Shown in pieces: positions 1 to 12,800 of a stretch of 64,000 bases of DNA (position 1 is its first letter; each line of letters opens with the position of its first letter). Source of the DNA: Callorhinchus milii. Taxonomy: Eukaryota. The notes below the pieces were generated by a model. The model had not been told where the DNA came from. It did not search any database and saw only the letters and a program-made list of their open reading frames with translations. A program made the translations under genes and the position numbers. The stretch is from the NCBI RefSeq assembly GCF_018977255.1, contig NW_024704743.1, positions 23,872,001 to 23,936,000 of the forward strand, written 5' to 3'.

Positions 1-866
1 CGCAACTTGACACCTTTACAAGATGCTTTGGCACAATGGTTTGGCTCAAAGCCGTTGATAATTGCATGCATTTGACACCTGATTCATGAGATACCGTAAC
101 CCAGGGCAGTGTGAACAATTGTACCTCCCTGAATACGGAGAAATAAACTTGAGATCTTCCTGGTCCTTTCTGACCGAGCAAATCACTGAATAAACTCACT
201 GAAGCATTGGGGAGTCCTCATATTCTAACATTTGACCTCAATGTTAAATATAGTCCCTTTTGTATTGTACGCAGATTCCCAAAACTTATAGCCAAATGCA
301 GAAAAGGATCTTTGGAATGGAGCGTAATTAGTATTAGGAACACGGTATACGTTGCCTTGCTATCGCTTTCTGGAACTGCAAGGTCTTTGCTTCTGATTTA
401 ATACTGTATTTCATTTGGGTACGTTGGCCAGCTGTATTGCTTGCTAAACTTCCTGTGCAGAACAGGAAGAAGCACGTACATCAATTTTATTGACATAAAT
501 AACCAAACAGTTGAGTTGACATTTAATCTTCTGGAGCAAGTCATTCTCTGTTGCGACTTTACAGAGTGAAACTCTTTCTCTCCATTTGTTATTTGTTGCA
601 AGTTTCTAAAGTGTTTCTTGCTGTAACTTTCACAAGTATTTTGAATCCTATAAATCTTTATGCTGCTTTACTGCACTGATATATTTTTCATTGTGGGTTT
701 TCATTGCTTGACCTTTCAAGGTTTCTGGTAACTGCACAAATTTTCCCCCAAAGGAGCACAGTTTTTGATTTTAGATTAGGTGAAGGGAAGTATGATATAA
801 GTACAGCATTTGCCTACAAATATGCAATCATTATAATGTACATTCAAGTCCTGGTGTGAGAGGCAC

Positions 867-1182
867 TAATAATAATAATCATCCTTGTATTTGATATAGC
901 GTTTTACACGACTTCTAGACGTCTCAAAGCGCTTCACAGAATATACTGTAAAGTGAACTGACTGTATATTTGTGGGTGAAACACGGCAGCAAATTGTGCA
1001 CAGCAGTGTCCCACAAACAGTCGTGGATTGAAGTGACCAATTTATTATTTTTTTTTCTTGAGGAATTATTTTCAGGTGTGTGGAGCAAGGAAAGTTACCC
1101 AAGGTTTCACCCTGCCGGGATTCAAACCCAGGTCTTTCACTTGCAAGGCAAATGCTCTAATAGATGCGCTACAGGACTCCAC
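867..1182 (-). mobile_element. tRNA-Ala-derived DeuSINE-type SINE (young family, short form)
   Basis: tRNA-like head, Deu-like core TGTTTGTGGGACACTGCTGTGCACAATT and L2-type tail ending in (ATT)n. Flanked by the direct repeat CACTA. Confidence 0.85.
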
Positions 1183-1672
1183 TATATCAAATCCAAGGAT
1201 CATTATTAGTATTTAAGTACACAGTGATTGTTGTAGGACAAAGGTGAGCATTTCTGAGCCCCAGTGATCATATTTTCTTCTCAAAATACAGGCATTTGAA
1301 TGAATGAAGGTAGATGGCAGAGCTAAATTATGAAGTAGCTACATTTGTATAACATTGTCTCAAATGTAGAGAAAAGCATGATGCCCAGCTCAGAAAAAAT
1401 TATATCCCACGTGGAGAGGTATGTTACCTCTTAGGGTCTTAAACCTCATTCTCTAGAATTTGCCAAAACCTGTGCTCCCGTCCCCAACTCCCTTTATGAC
1501 CAATGCAGGACACTAAGGTTCCATGCACTGTGCCACAATATTGGTTTATATCTCAAAGGGACAGGTTTACAGCTCTATTCCATGGTTATTTGACGCAGGA
1601 ATAACCTTCAGTTGAGATTTCAAATATCCAAATGGAGGTTGAGATTTTTGGGCCCAAGTACAGATATGCAAA

Positions 1673-2390
1673 TGTGTCAGCCTGGCTCGGTTGGTAGCAC
1701 TTTTGCTTCTGAGTCAGAAGGTTGTGGATTCAAGCCCCATGTTAGGACTTTGCGCTCATACGGTCAAGGCTGACACTCCAGTGGAGTCCTGTAGCTCAGT
1801 GGTTAGAGCACTCGCTTTGCAAGCGAGAGACCTGAGTTCAATTCCAGGCAGAGGGCGAAACCTTGGGCAAGTTTCCTTACTCCACACGCCTAATAATAAT
1901 CCCTCCAAAACCAAAAACAATAATAAAATTGGCATTTTCAATCTACGACTGTTTGTGGGACATTGCTGTGCGCAATTGGCTGCCGCGTTCGCCCACAAAT
2001 TTACAGTCAATTCACTTTACAGTGTGTTCTGTGAAGCGCTTTGGGACGTCCTTCCGACGTGAAAAGCGCTATATCAAATGCAAGGATTATTATTATTATT
2101 ATTTGATGAGACTTTAACTCTGTCTGCCTTTAAAATGAACGTTAAAGATCCCACGGCACTATTCAAAAAGAAAATGGAGTATATCCTAGTGATCCCACCA
2201 CAATCCTCCAGGTAAAATAGGTCATTCACTTCATGGCTGTTTGTGGAACATTTCTGTGTGTAAATTGTCTGCTGCTTTCATCTACAAAAAATGCAGGCAC
2301 CACACTTTACAGTAAATGCTGTGTAGTGCTTTAAGATGTTTTGGTAAAGTGATATGTTTGGTACTATATCAAATACAAGGATTATTATTA
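1673..2390 (+). mobile_element. Older SacSINE1-like DeuSINE interrupted by a younger SINE
   Basis: Head GTGTCAGCCTGGCTCGGTTGGTAGCAC...GGCTGACACTCCAGTG at 1673-1783; the body resumes at ~2105 (GATGAGAC...AAAGATCCCACGGCACTATT). Colinear with the intact copy at 52883. Confidence 0.75.
1781..2103 (+). mobile_element. tRNA-Ala-derived SINE, full length (young family, short form)
   Basis: A box TAGCTCAGTGG, anticodon arm CTCGC-TTTGCAA-GCGAG (TGC), B box GTTCAATTCC, Deu-like core and tail GCGCTATATCAAATGCAAGG(ATT)n. Confidence 0.9.
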
Positions 2391-2988
2391 TAGATGCTAA
2401 GTATCCATTTCTCATACATATATTTATACTTGCATGGTATTCAGGGATCGCATGTTACATCATTTGTATTGTGCAGTCTGACACATTAGTATATAATAAG
2501 TCTGATATGTCTGGTAATATTTTGTTCAATTTGGTATTGGTGCTGCCTGATCCATTCCATGGTAATATCCACCAAGTGGACTTCTGCTTAGCCATTTTCT
2601 CAGTTACAGAGCAACAGTCAGAGTGATCTGACTTAATATCATAAAGACAAGTCATTAACCCAGCAGAGCTTCAGCTTCAATCATGTGTGTTAATTCACCT
2701 CCCTCACAGCGTTGATTCAGCAACTCCTACAGGTTAGTTCTTGATAATGCTCGTCGCAGTTTCAACAAAACACATTTTGGAAGGTGGAAATAAACAAGAC
2801 GATGTTAAAGATAATTCAGCATACCTCATGGTATGGCATTCAACGTTGCTCACTCACTTCTTAAAGAGACATTGTCTTCAGGAAAAAGTGTTGGGGAATC
2901 TTTTAGAATTGGATTCTGAACACAACGACGTTGTCTGCGTCAAAATAGATTGCACAGTCCTTTGTGTACATCCTCCACTGTGATGTGA

Positions 2989-3345
2989 ATGGCTCGGTTT
3001 GTAGCACTCTCACCCCTTGATTCAGAAGGTTATAGGTTGAAGCCCCACATCAGGATTGTGAGTTCACTGTCTGAAACTCCAGTGCAGTTGCTCGGAGAAC
3101 AATACATTGTTGAAGATGCAATCCTTCAGATATTGTTCCTGTTTAAAGGTCCCACAGCACGATTTGATATGAGAAGGGAATTTCTCCCGGTATCCTGGCC
3201 AACAATCCCCTAGGTAAAATTGGTCATTCACTTCATGATTGTGGGACATTGCTGTGTGCAAAATAGCTGTTGTGTTTATCCACAATATACAGTCATTGCA
3301 TTTGACAACCAATCATCTGTGAAGCTCCTTGAGATTTTTGGATGT
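2989..3345 (+). mobile_element. SacSINE1-like DeuSINE, degenerate
   Basis: TGGCTCGGTTTGTAGCACTCTCACC...TCAGAAGGTT head and TGTGGGACATTGCTGTGTGCAAAATAGCTG core, similar to the copy at 52883. Confidence 0.7.
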
Positions 3346-3349
3346 GAGT

Positions 3350-4405
3350 GTGATAACAACAACTTGCATTTATATAGCGCGCTCCACCCAGGGTAGTGTC
3401 TCAGAGCCCTTAACAGTGGTAGAGCCTGATTCCGAACCGGGGGAGAGGGAGGTGGCCGTAAGCACGGTCGAAAAGGAAGGTTTTCAGCCGGGACTTGTAA
3501 AAGGGAGAGAGAGTGCAAGGCAGAGGGATTGAAGGAGAGTGTTCCAGAGTTTCGGGGCATGGTGGCCAAATGCGCAACCTCCAATGGTGGAGCAGAGGGT
3601 GTGAGGGACAAGCAGAAAGCTGGTGCCAATTGAGCAGAGGCACCAGGTGTGGATTGGGGAGGAGATCAGAGAGGTAGGGAGGTGCCGGGCAGTGAAGGGA
3701 TTTGAAAATGAGTTTTCTTGAAGTTGATCCGTTCGGTGATGGGGAGCCAGTGGAGCCTGGCCAGAACTGGTGAGATGGGGATACGGAGTTTGGTTCGGGT
3801 AAGTATGCGGGGGCAGCGTTCTTGATGAGCTGAAATTTTTGTGGAGGTGGGAAGACCGGCGAGGAGCTCATTTGAGTTGTCCAGGAGGGAGGTGACAAAT
3901 GCATGCACGAGGGTTTCGGCTGCATTTGGGGTAAAGTACGGTCAGAGGCGGGCAATGCGGTGGAGGTGGAGAAAGGCAGTCCTGGTCAGGGATCAGATGT
4001 GGGGAAGGAAGGACAGCTGGGGGTTGAACCAGATGCCTAGATTGTGCACTGGTTCGGAGAGAGCTCAGGGAGTTTGAGGAGTTCAGATCTGCAGGATTGA
4101 AAATGTTGACAGGAACCAAGGAGTATGGCTTCTGTCTTGTCCACATTCAGCTGCAGGAAGTTTGCACTCATTCAGACTCTGATGTCTGCTAGACAAGCTG
4201 ATACAACATTGTCGGACCTGGAGTCGCAGCTGCAGGAGGCGAAGTAGATTTGTGTGTCTTCCGCATACATGTCGAAGTTTACCCCATGTCTGTGGATGTC
4301 ATTGCCAATAGGAAGCATGTAGATGAAGTAAAGAAGGGGGCCAAGGATGGAGCTCTGGGGTACCCCAAAGGTGACCGGCGGGGGTGGGAGGAGAAACCAT
4401 TTGCA
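3350..4405 (-). mobile_element. L2-clade LINE 3' fragment (frameshifted RT C-terminal region plus tail)
   Basis: Broken frames give LLDNSNELLAGLP, ARLHWLPI and PPYLSDLL, plus an SVLGP-like RT region near 4340-4370. The tail ends GCGCTATATAAATGCAAGTTGTTGTT. Confidence 0.85.
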
Positions 4406-4409
4406 TCCT

Positions 4410-4600
4410 CTCCCGCACCAGGCTTAGTGATCCTATCACCCCCACCCTCGCCCGGCTCCCTTGGCCCCCCCATCCCTCAGAAAATAGAATTCAAAATCCT
4501 CATCTGTACTTTCAAGGCCCTCCACGGCCTTGCCCCCTCCTACATCTCTGACCTGTTGATCCCCTATCGACCTGTCTACTGCCTCTGTACTTCTCCTTAG
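4410..4600 (+). mobile_element. L2 LINE fragment, opposite orientation
   Basis: Encodes PIPQKIEFKILICTFKALHGLAPSYISDLLIPYRP, similar to the L2 ORF at 59437-60213. Confidence 0.8.
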
Positions 4601-6190
4601 CTATTTATTGGATTTTCTTCTCTCCCCCCCCCCCCCCCACCCCCAACTTTTCAATGTTCATTTCTGTCTTCATGGGTTGTGTCCTTGGCAGTACATGGCA
4701 CCCTGTAGTTGAAAAGGCAGGAGCTGGACAGAGATGCCCAGTGCCACAACAGTTCTTGGTGTCACACTGAACCAGCCAAAGAGACTGTGGCTGCCAGTTC
4801 CTGTTCCTCTCAGTGAAACAACCTCAGCTCCTCACAGCTCTGAAATCCCAACTACTCAGCAAGGAAGTGGCCCAAATCCTCCAACAAAGGCAGTTGAGTG
4901 TGACGAGCAGTCACAAACCTTGAGAGAAATAGGAAGCAGGTGATTGATTTTGCAAGCCTTTGTCTCCGAAAGCTCACTGGGTTAAGATAGGATAAACAAT
5001 AAACATTTGTGGTTAAAAGTCATGACTTGTAAAATAAAACTGCAACCATCAAATGTACTCTTGACTGTTCCCTGGTCAACTTAGGTCCAATGATGTAAGC
5101 CTGGGAGATAGAAAAGGGGAGGGGATCAATCAATATGTATTGATGATTCGGGAGAAGAAAAAAAGTGATAAGCAGTGAAGTGGATCTGACCATTTTTATA
5201 TGATGAAGACTTTGCATATAATTATCTTTTTAAGTGGATTCTGAGATCCTAGACTGGTTTTCGCAAGTGAATGGAATCATTATTTCTAGCCCTCAACTTT
5301 TAAGTGTTTCTGCTTTTTTTTAAAAAAAGCCTTCCAGCATTTAAATTTTAGAGGGAGTAGGGAGTGGGAATGGTGGGTGGGATAAGAGAGAATCACCACT
5401 GTGATGATTTTCAATGAAGGCAGCTTTCACAGCCTTCAATATAAGCTACCACAAGGATGGAGCTTTGCATAGTAATTGCTTTACTGCAGGGCAAGAGTTA
5501 CCACAGTGCAAAATGAATTCTCCCCACTGATTGCAATAATCTTTCCTAATTAGTTTTTCTGCTTTTACACTTTTTAAAAAAAACATGAACAAAAAGGAAA
5601 AATGAGAGTCCTACAACATTGCTTTGCTTGTTGATTGGTGCTAGCAAGTCAGGATCCAGAATAATGCCCCCTTTCCGTGTCGGTGAGATCCATAAGAGAG
5701 GAAGTATGATTTGCCCCTAGGTATGTTCACGTGCCCCATGTGAAGATGCTATATAAATGCAAGTTGTTGTTGTATGTGCTCACACATAGCTGTTCATTGT
5801 TTGACCAATGATGAATCCATCTCTACAATATACATTTTCCCTATAAAATATACAGTCACTACATTTAATAGAATATCCTGTGAAGCTCTTTGGGACATCT
5901 CAATGATGTAATGAGGTGCTACATTAAATGTAAGGATTTTTATGTCAATTTATTTCAGAAAGTCTTTCCTTACTTTTTAACCCATGCCATTCCCTGACCT
6001 GAGATCACATCCCATGATCTTAATCAGGGTATGGTATGGGTTAAAAACCATCCCAAAAAAAGTTTCACTCATAAAATGTACAGTCAGTTCACTTTACAGT
6101 ATATTTTGTGAAGCACTTTGAGGCGTCTCAAAGACGTGATAAGGCGCTATAACAAATGCAAGTATTATTGTTATCTACTCTGCAAGCCTA

Positions 6191-6418
6191 GGTGGGGATT
6201 TATCCTGGGCTTAGACTAAAACGTTTGTTTTAGGATTGTAAAGGGTGAACATTTTGAGAAGTTCTTAAATTTGGTCTTCATCTTAAAATACAGAAAATGC
6301 AGAATGCAGAAAACCAGTTTCAAAATTCAGGCTGAATTTAAGAATTGTCCAAAACTTGCATATACTGAAATGCTTAGCAATAGGCCTTACGTCTAAACCC
6401 GGACGGAATTCCTCCCCC
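6191..6418. mobile_element. MITE-like element with imperfect terminal inverted repeats
   Basis: Left end GGTGGGGATTTATCCTGGGCTTAGAC; right end reverse-complements to GGGGGAGGAATTCCGTCCGGGTTTAGAC. The internal AAATTCAGGCTGAATTTAAGA motif recurs near 46610-46680 and 57700. Confidence 0.5.
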
Positions 6419-7696
6419 TGCTCTCTAACTGATGGGCTGTGTTTACAAACTCCCCAGGGTAACTTGGCCCTTAACTTGAACTGACTCCCTCCCTGTGGGG
6501 GATGGGGGGGGGGTAATGGTTAACCTTCCATCAACAGCAACACTTGGCTTCCCATCAGAAAAGGAGAGCTTGTGGGGTAAAATGATTGGCACTTTGTAAA
6601 ATGCTCTGTGTGTTTACAAGATCCTAAATTCGGGTTAGAACCTTATTAGCTGGAGTTTTCTGCAATAGACCAGCAGCATTCTTGATGGAAATGCTGCCAT
6701 GAACAAGTAACAGTCCTTGATGTCATTGAGAAATCTGGAGTAACTGAACCCGACAGTGTGAAGGAGGTGAATTAAGACATCTGTCAGAACTGCAGCACCC
6801 ATGTTAATATAGTTCGGTCTGTAATGTAGTTCTTCCATGAACAAGTAAATATTAGTGCTGCCATGAACAATATTAGCACTAATATTAATCAATCATTAAT
6901 GTTTTTAATAATAATTACATTAACAGTGATCCTTGTGTTTAATATACCACCTAGAGCATTGAAACATCTCAACGTACCCAACAGAGAATTAATGGCAAGT
7001 GTCGTAACTGTGTATTTTAAGGCTGAATATAACGTCATCTGCACGCACCATTCCTAAAGTCCGAGAGTGGAGAACAGAAAAACATCTTGGCTGAGGGTTG
7101 AAAAGATTTTCCATGCCTTTGGTAATATTACAGAGCACTCTTTGCAGACTAACAGTTCAAAGTGTAGTTGTAAATGGTCAAAATGACTGGAGCCTGTGTT
7201 AAGATCTCTGAATGATAGAGGAATCTTGATTCTGATGGGATTTAGAGCTCTTGTTAAAGCAGCATGGGGCAGTTCTCATCCAGTTAGAATCTCGAGCAAC
7301 CACTCTGCCCCGGGGACTCCTCACCACAAGAAGATGCTGCTTTAGAGCTCCTTCTTTTTAGAGTGTTGAGAAAATCCTGCTCTTTGGTACCTGCCCTTTG
7401 AAGTCCAAATTAAGCCATCAAATAAAGAAGCAGCAGGTACTCTACTAGATATTGGAGGGACAGCTCCTCTTCCAAGTTACTTGCAACCAAAGTTGTAAAG
7501 AGAATCTCTTGCCAATGTCTGTTTATGAAAATTTATCTTTATTCTGCTTGTTTATAAGAAATAATAAACAGAAGGTGGAATAATAATAGATAATAATAAT
7601 CCTTGCATTTGATATGGCGCCTTATCACATCATCAAGACATTCAAAGTGCTTCACAGAATATACTGCAAAGTGAATTGACTGTATACAACAACAAG

Positions 7697-8004
7697 ATAA
7701 TAATAATAATCCTTGCATTTTGATATAGCGCTTTTCACGTCGGGAGGACATCCCAGAATATACTGTAAAGTGAATTGACTGTACATTTGTGGGCGAATGC
7801 GGCAGCCAATTGCGCACAGCAATGTCCCACAACCAATCGTAGATTGAAAATGACCAATTTATTATTGTTTTTGGTTTTTTGGATGGATTATTATTAGGCG
7901 TGTGGAGTAAGGAAACTTGCCTAAGATTTCGCCCTGCCTGGAATTGAACTCAGGTCTCTCGCTTGCAAAGCGAGTGGTCTAACCACTGAGCTACAGGACT
8001 CCAC
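7697..8004 (-). mobile_element. tRNA-Ala-derived SINE (young, short form) within a cluster of SINE/L2 tails spanning 7580-8282
   Basis: Near-identical to the copies at 1781 and 14452 apart from a small deletion in the tail. A long-form partial copy is adjacent at ~8050-8282. Confidence 0.88.
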
Positions 8005-9479
8005 GTCTGTATTGCACCTTTCACGTCGGGAGGACGTCCCAAGGTCCAAGATATATTTTGTGGGCGAAACGCAGCAGCCAATAATGCACAGCAGTGTCCC
8101 ACAAACAGTCATGGATTGAGTGATCAAATTATTATTTTTTAAAAATTAAAATGATTATTACCTCCAGAAAAGCAATCTGCCAATCGACTAACAACTGGGT
8201 TCCTACTTTCTGTTAGCTGAACAGAGGCATATGGAATAAGGAAATTTGCCTAAGGTTTCACCCTGTTGTTGAATTCGACAGTTTGGGTGTTTTAGTTGGT
8301 AAACTTTGGCAGCATTTAAAAGAGGTTATTTTGCCTTTTGTGTTGAAACATAGTAGTGAAAAATTGGAAAAGCGATGTGCTCATACAGATCATCCCCTGG
8401 AGTTGTCCAAATCAGTAACTGGGAGACCCTCCCTCTCCGGTTCCCTTCCCTTCACCCTCTCTTTTAAAAGAATCTATAGATTTGCTTCCACAACAGTTTG
8501 TTGCTGTTAAGTGCCCTTGGAGGTAAGCATTCCCGACTGTTAAGCATTCCAAGATGAGGCATGAGGGGTGCTATTTAAATGCAAACTGTTCTTGTAGCTG
8601 ACATTCAACCATCACCCCACCCTCTGTAACCAACAGTTTCTAACCCCTTTATTTTCTTTTTGTGCTTATCTTAAACTTGTGACCTTTGATTACTGGCACA
8701 GAGACCAGGGGAAATCTATTGATATTTATCCTACCTTAATAGTTCATGAGACCTCCATCAGCGATTTGATAAATGATGAGGAAAAATTTTGTCAAAGGTT
8801 ATTGTGAATAATCAGGGGAATGGGATTAGAGTAGTTGAGTGAGAGAGATAGCACCGGCACAGGCATGATGGGCTTAATGGCCTCGTTCTGTGCTGTAAAC
8901 CTCTATGATTCAGGAATTGAAGTAGTTTGCTGCCCTATTGGAAGGACAAGGGGGAGATCAAGGTTTAATAATTCAGCCATGAAGTACAAGAGGAATGCTG
9001 ATTGTGTTCACTGAGGCATGTAATCTAAAGGAAATTGTACGTTGTAGAATGGAATCATTAGCAATAGAGTGGATAGAGGTTGGATGATGAGTGTGGGAGG
9101 TCACTGCTATGGAGAAGGGACAGAGTAGAAAAGAGAAAGAGAGCCCTAGGGAACTCCTGGGTTGATGGGAAACAAGACAGAGGATGAACCATCGTCCACT
9201 GCACAGATAAAGCAATTTGAGAGGAAACTAGATAGCCTTGAACAAGAGTTCTTCAAATTGATCATAGATAATTGGAAATGTGAAACTAGCTTCAGCTACA
9301 GGTGACGTAGTTGTTCTTGCTACTTGGTTAGGTTATTTCCACGTCCCTTCCCCTCGATTGAAAGGTTTGTCTCAGTCCACAGACACCAACAGCCTCCTCC
9401 AATTTTTCTGCAGTTTTTCAAGCAACATAATAAGGCATCAGTTGGGTACTCACTAACTGACACTCAAAACTGTGCCGAG

Positions 9480-9800
9480 GTTGTACTGTTTTGTCAGAAG
9501 TGCGGTCCTTCCGATGAGATGTTAAAACCGAGGGTCTGTCTGCCTGCCAGGTGGATATTAAAGATCCAATGGCACTATTCAAAAAGACAAGGGAGTTTCT
9601 CCCATTGACCTGGCATACCTGATAATTTCACCCCAAATAAAATTGGTCACTCACTTCATGTCTGTTTGATAAACATTGCTTTATGCAAATTGGCTGCCAT
9701 GTTTGCCTACAAATAAAGTGACTACATCTTACAATAAATCCTGCGAACCATTTCAATGACGTGATAAAGAGCTACATCAAATCCAAGGATTATTTATTCT
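9480..9800 (+). mobile_element. SacSINE1-like DeuSINE, 3' part
   Basis: GATGAGATGTTAAAACCGAGG...CAGGTGGATATTAAAGATCCAATGGCACTATT, Deu core and tail. Confidence 0.7.
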
Positions 9801-12800
9801 TATTATTCAATCATGGGGGATGTCACAGCTGAGACTGAACCGATCCTTATCTGATAACCACATGTGCGCTTTCAAGCAGGGGACTCTAGATAGTGATCTG
9901 GAGCAGGCAGCCTGAATTCCATTACCCTGCTTCTTTCATTTAAATTGACAAGCTCAGTGCAGGCTCAAGATTAAACCATTCCATCCTGGGCAATGCAATT
10001 TTTCACTGAACCATTGAGACCTCCACAGTCCCTTATGTTGCCAGCTGACAAAAGAGTCAGATATATCTTGTGTATTATGTAGGCATCACCCCGTGTCCAC
10101 CCTAGCCAAATGATTTCAGAATGGAGGTGATGTGCCTCTGTTAATACGGTACTATATAAGTGTAAATGGTATTGGATGACATTGGCTTGCGTCCTGAAGC
10201 AAGCCTCCAAAAATAGCTGGAACACAAATTATAGTGACTCAACCTCTGGATGTAAATAAAAACAATACTATTGGGAACTGAATAGCTGTTTTACCACAGC
10301 CCATTTCACTTCTATAGAACCAAAGAACTAGCACAGAGGAAGGCCATTCGGCCTTTTCCTTCGGCCTTTTCCCCCATACCCCTGCAGTTGACTCCTTTTT
10401 AGGTATTTATCTAGTTCTCTCTACGACTGGTTTGAATCTAGCACAAATTGATCTCTGTCTCTCTCTCTCTCTATATATATACATATATATAAAAAAAAGT
10501 TTTCAGAGGCCATTTTCTACTGACTGCAAATCCACAGGATAAACTATCATAAATCAGTGTGTATTGGTCCTAAATCACTACCTCAATCTCTCAACAGAGG
10601 ACATATAGATATCTGTGGTGGAAAGTGGAGATATTTCACGGTGGTGTTTAGCTGAGCTGGAGCCAAATGCACGTTTGCTGAAAAGCACAAGGAGATACAC
10701 TCTGCAGCTGGCTACATTATATCTGATCTCAGAATGCTTGAAGTTCACTTTGGATAACCAGATGTGTTCAAGTGTTTCACTTTCAAGAAAAAGTACGAAA
10801 CATTTCAGCCATCCAACAAATAATAGTCCTTGCATTTGATACAGCACAACATCAACAAATTACATTAGTATAGAGCCTTTTCACATCGCGAGGACATCCC
10901 AAGTCACTGGATAGTCAGGGATTTGGCCCTGAGCTGGGGGTTGGGATCAGGAGGGGTGGAGAGCAGGGAGGGTAGAGACACATTGAAATGTCTCAAAGTG
11001 CTTTACGGAGAGTAGTAGAGGACACTGGGGATTGAACCCAACGCCTAGGTTGGGCACAGATTCAGTGAGTGTGAAGGATAGCCTGGGGAGATTAAGTTGG
11101 TCAAAACCACCAGTGAATAGACATACATTGAAATACTGTAGCAAAATACTATTGTCTAATTGCAGATTGTATAGGAAAGGAATCATATTTAATCTACACC
11201 TATATTCCAATGACAATATCAGAAAACTTTTATTTTCAACAATTTCCCCCAAATAAAATCAGTCATAGCTGTGTTTGGGATGTTATGGGCATCCACAACA
11301 TCCCAAACACCTCAAGTAATACAACGCAGGCTGCATTCGTTGAGTGGATTATTTTATCCATTAGTTTATCTCATTGAACACAAAATAGAGAGTTTGTGCC
11401 TGAATCCTTGGCTATGATCTGGATGAGCAATTCCTAATGTGCCATCCTCGTTCAAATTAGATGAGAAGCTTTCAATGAATGTAAATGGTGAATGATACCA
11501 GTGCAGCATGAACTGCCCTGTACTGCCATCGAAGCCCCTGTGATGGGTAGTGAGAGCCCATCACTGTAAACAGAAGGAAAAGGGACTTCTGTATTACAAG
11601 GTGACAGACAATCCTTTACAACCTGTCACAGTCACGCAGTATGATACCTTCCAACCCAAAACAAGCTTGACAGCTCTGCTCAGCAGACAATGGCAGGTAG
11701 GTTTGTATAGCTTACATATGTCCAAGATATAAGGGTTAGACAGGGGGTGTCCCCAAGATTACCTTTGTATCTCACAGGAGGACGGTTTTCCTTCCTCAGA
11801 GGGTAATTAACGATTGGAACAGGTTGTCAGGCAGGGTGGTTGAGGCCCGTACGCTAGATGCACTTAAAAACATCTGTGATGAGAGAGGTGGGGGGCTGGG
11901 GGGGTGAGAAAAGGTTGGGTTGGTATTCTCTATTCTTTCTGAGCCGAGCTTATGATTCGCTGGCGTCAATGTGAGAGTGTACCAGAGCGGCAGAGGTTAT
12001 CAAGAAGATATCAGGCTCCCAACTTTGTGTACAGCTGGTATAAACTGAGGCAAGGTTACGCCATGTACTTCAGTCACAGCAGCAATGTGGGCAAAACGGG
12101 GACATTAAATTGTAAGCTCTTAGTTCCATTGAAGACATCTACAGTGGGTCTATGGTTGTATTGTTAGTACTTGTGTTCTGAGTGGTTATTCCACCATGTT
12201 GAACCTTTGTTCGTCCCCGAGCTCAGCTCCTGCACTTTACTGGGACAGCAACAATCACACCTTAATTCTCTCATTATTCTGTACACAATAAATAAAAACC
12301 TGATGTTAATAACTTTGTGGGTTGTGGCTGAACAAGAAATCTTAAATGTTAATAAACTCATTGTGCTTCCTCTTACCACTTTGTGCAGAACGGCTTATTA
12401 GACTAACAGCAGGTGGCAGGTTAAATAGAATTTAATCTAACCATGAGCTTTGTAATGCTCATCACAGGTTGAAGAATGCTGTGAAATCTTAATTTCGTGC
12501 ACCTTCCAAACACTATGTGTGTCTAGATCGCTGCTGGTACTTCACCAAAGGCTCTGAGTGTATTACTGGTCAGAGTGGGCTTACTGAGCAACTCTACCCT
12601 ACCATTGGGGGCTGAACTTTCCAATTCTACACCCCCAAGCCTCAGAACTCAATCCCTCCATCTCAACTCCTCCCTATCAGTCTTCGGGTCCTGCTTAAAT
12701 CCTACCTCTATGACAGCCCTTATGGTCAACTCTCCTCTCCCCATTACCCCCTCTGCCCTCCTTCCCGACCACTGCAGAGCACTCCGAGATGTCAATCCAC

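Noticed and set aside
1784..1855. Apparent tRNA-Ala(TGC) genes here and at 23507, 44853 and elsewhere
   Set aside because: There is no paired acceptor stem, and each continues into a SINE body and tail, so they are SINE heads.
866..2117. Recurrent peptides such as MGKFPYSTRL...KRYIKCKDYYY suggesting a multigene family
   Set aside because: They are translations of SINE copies.
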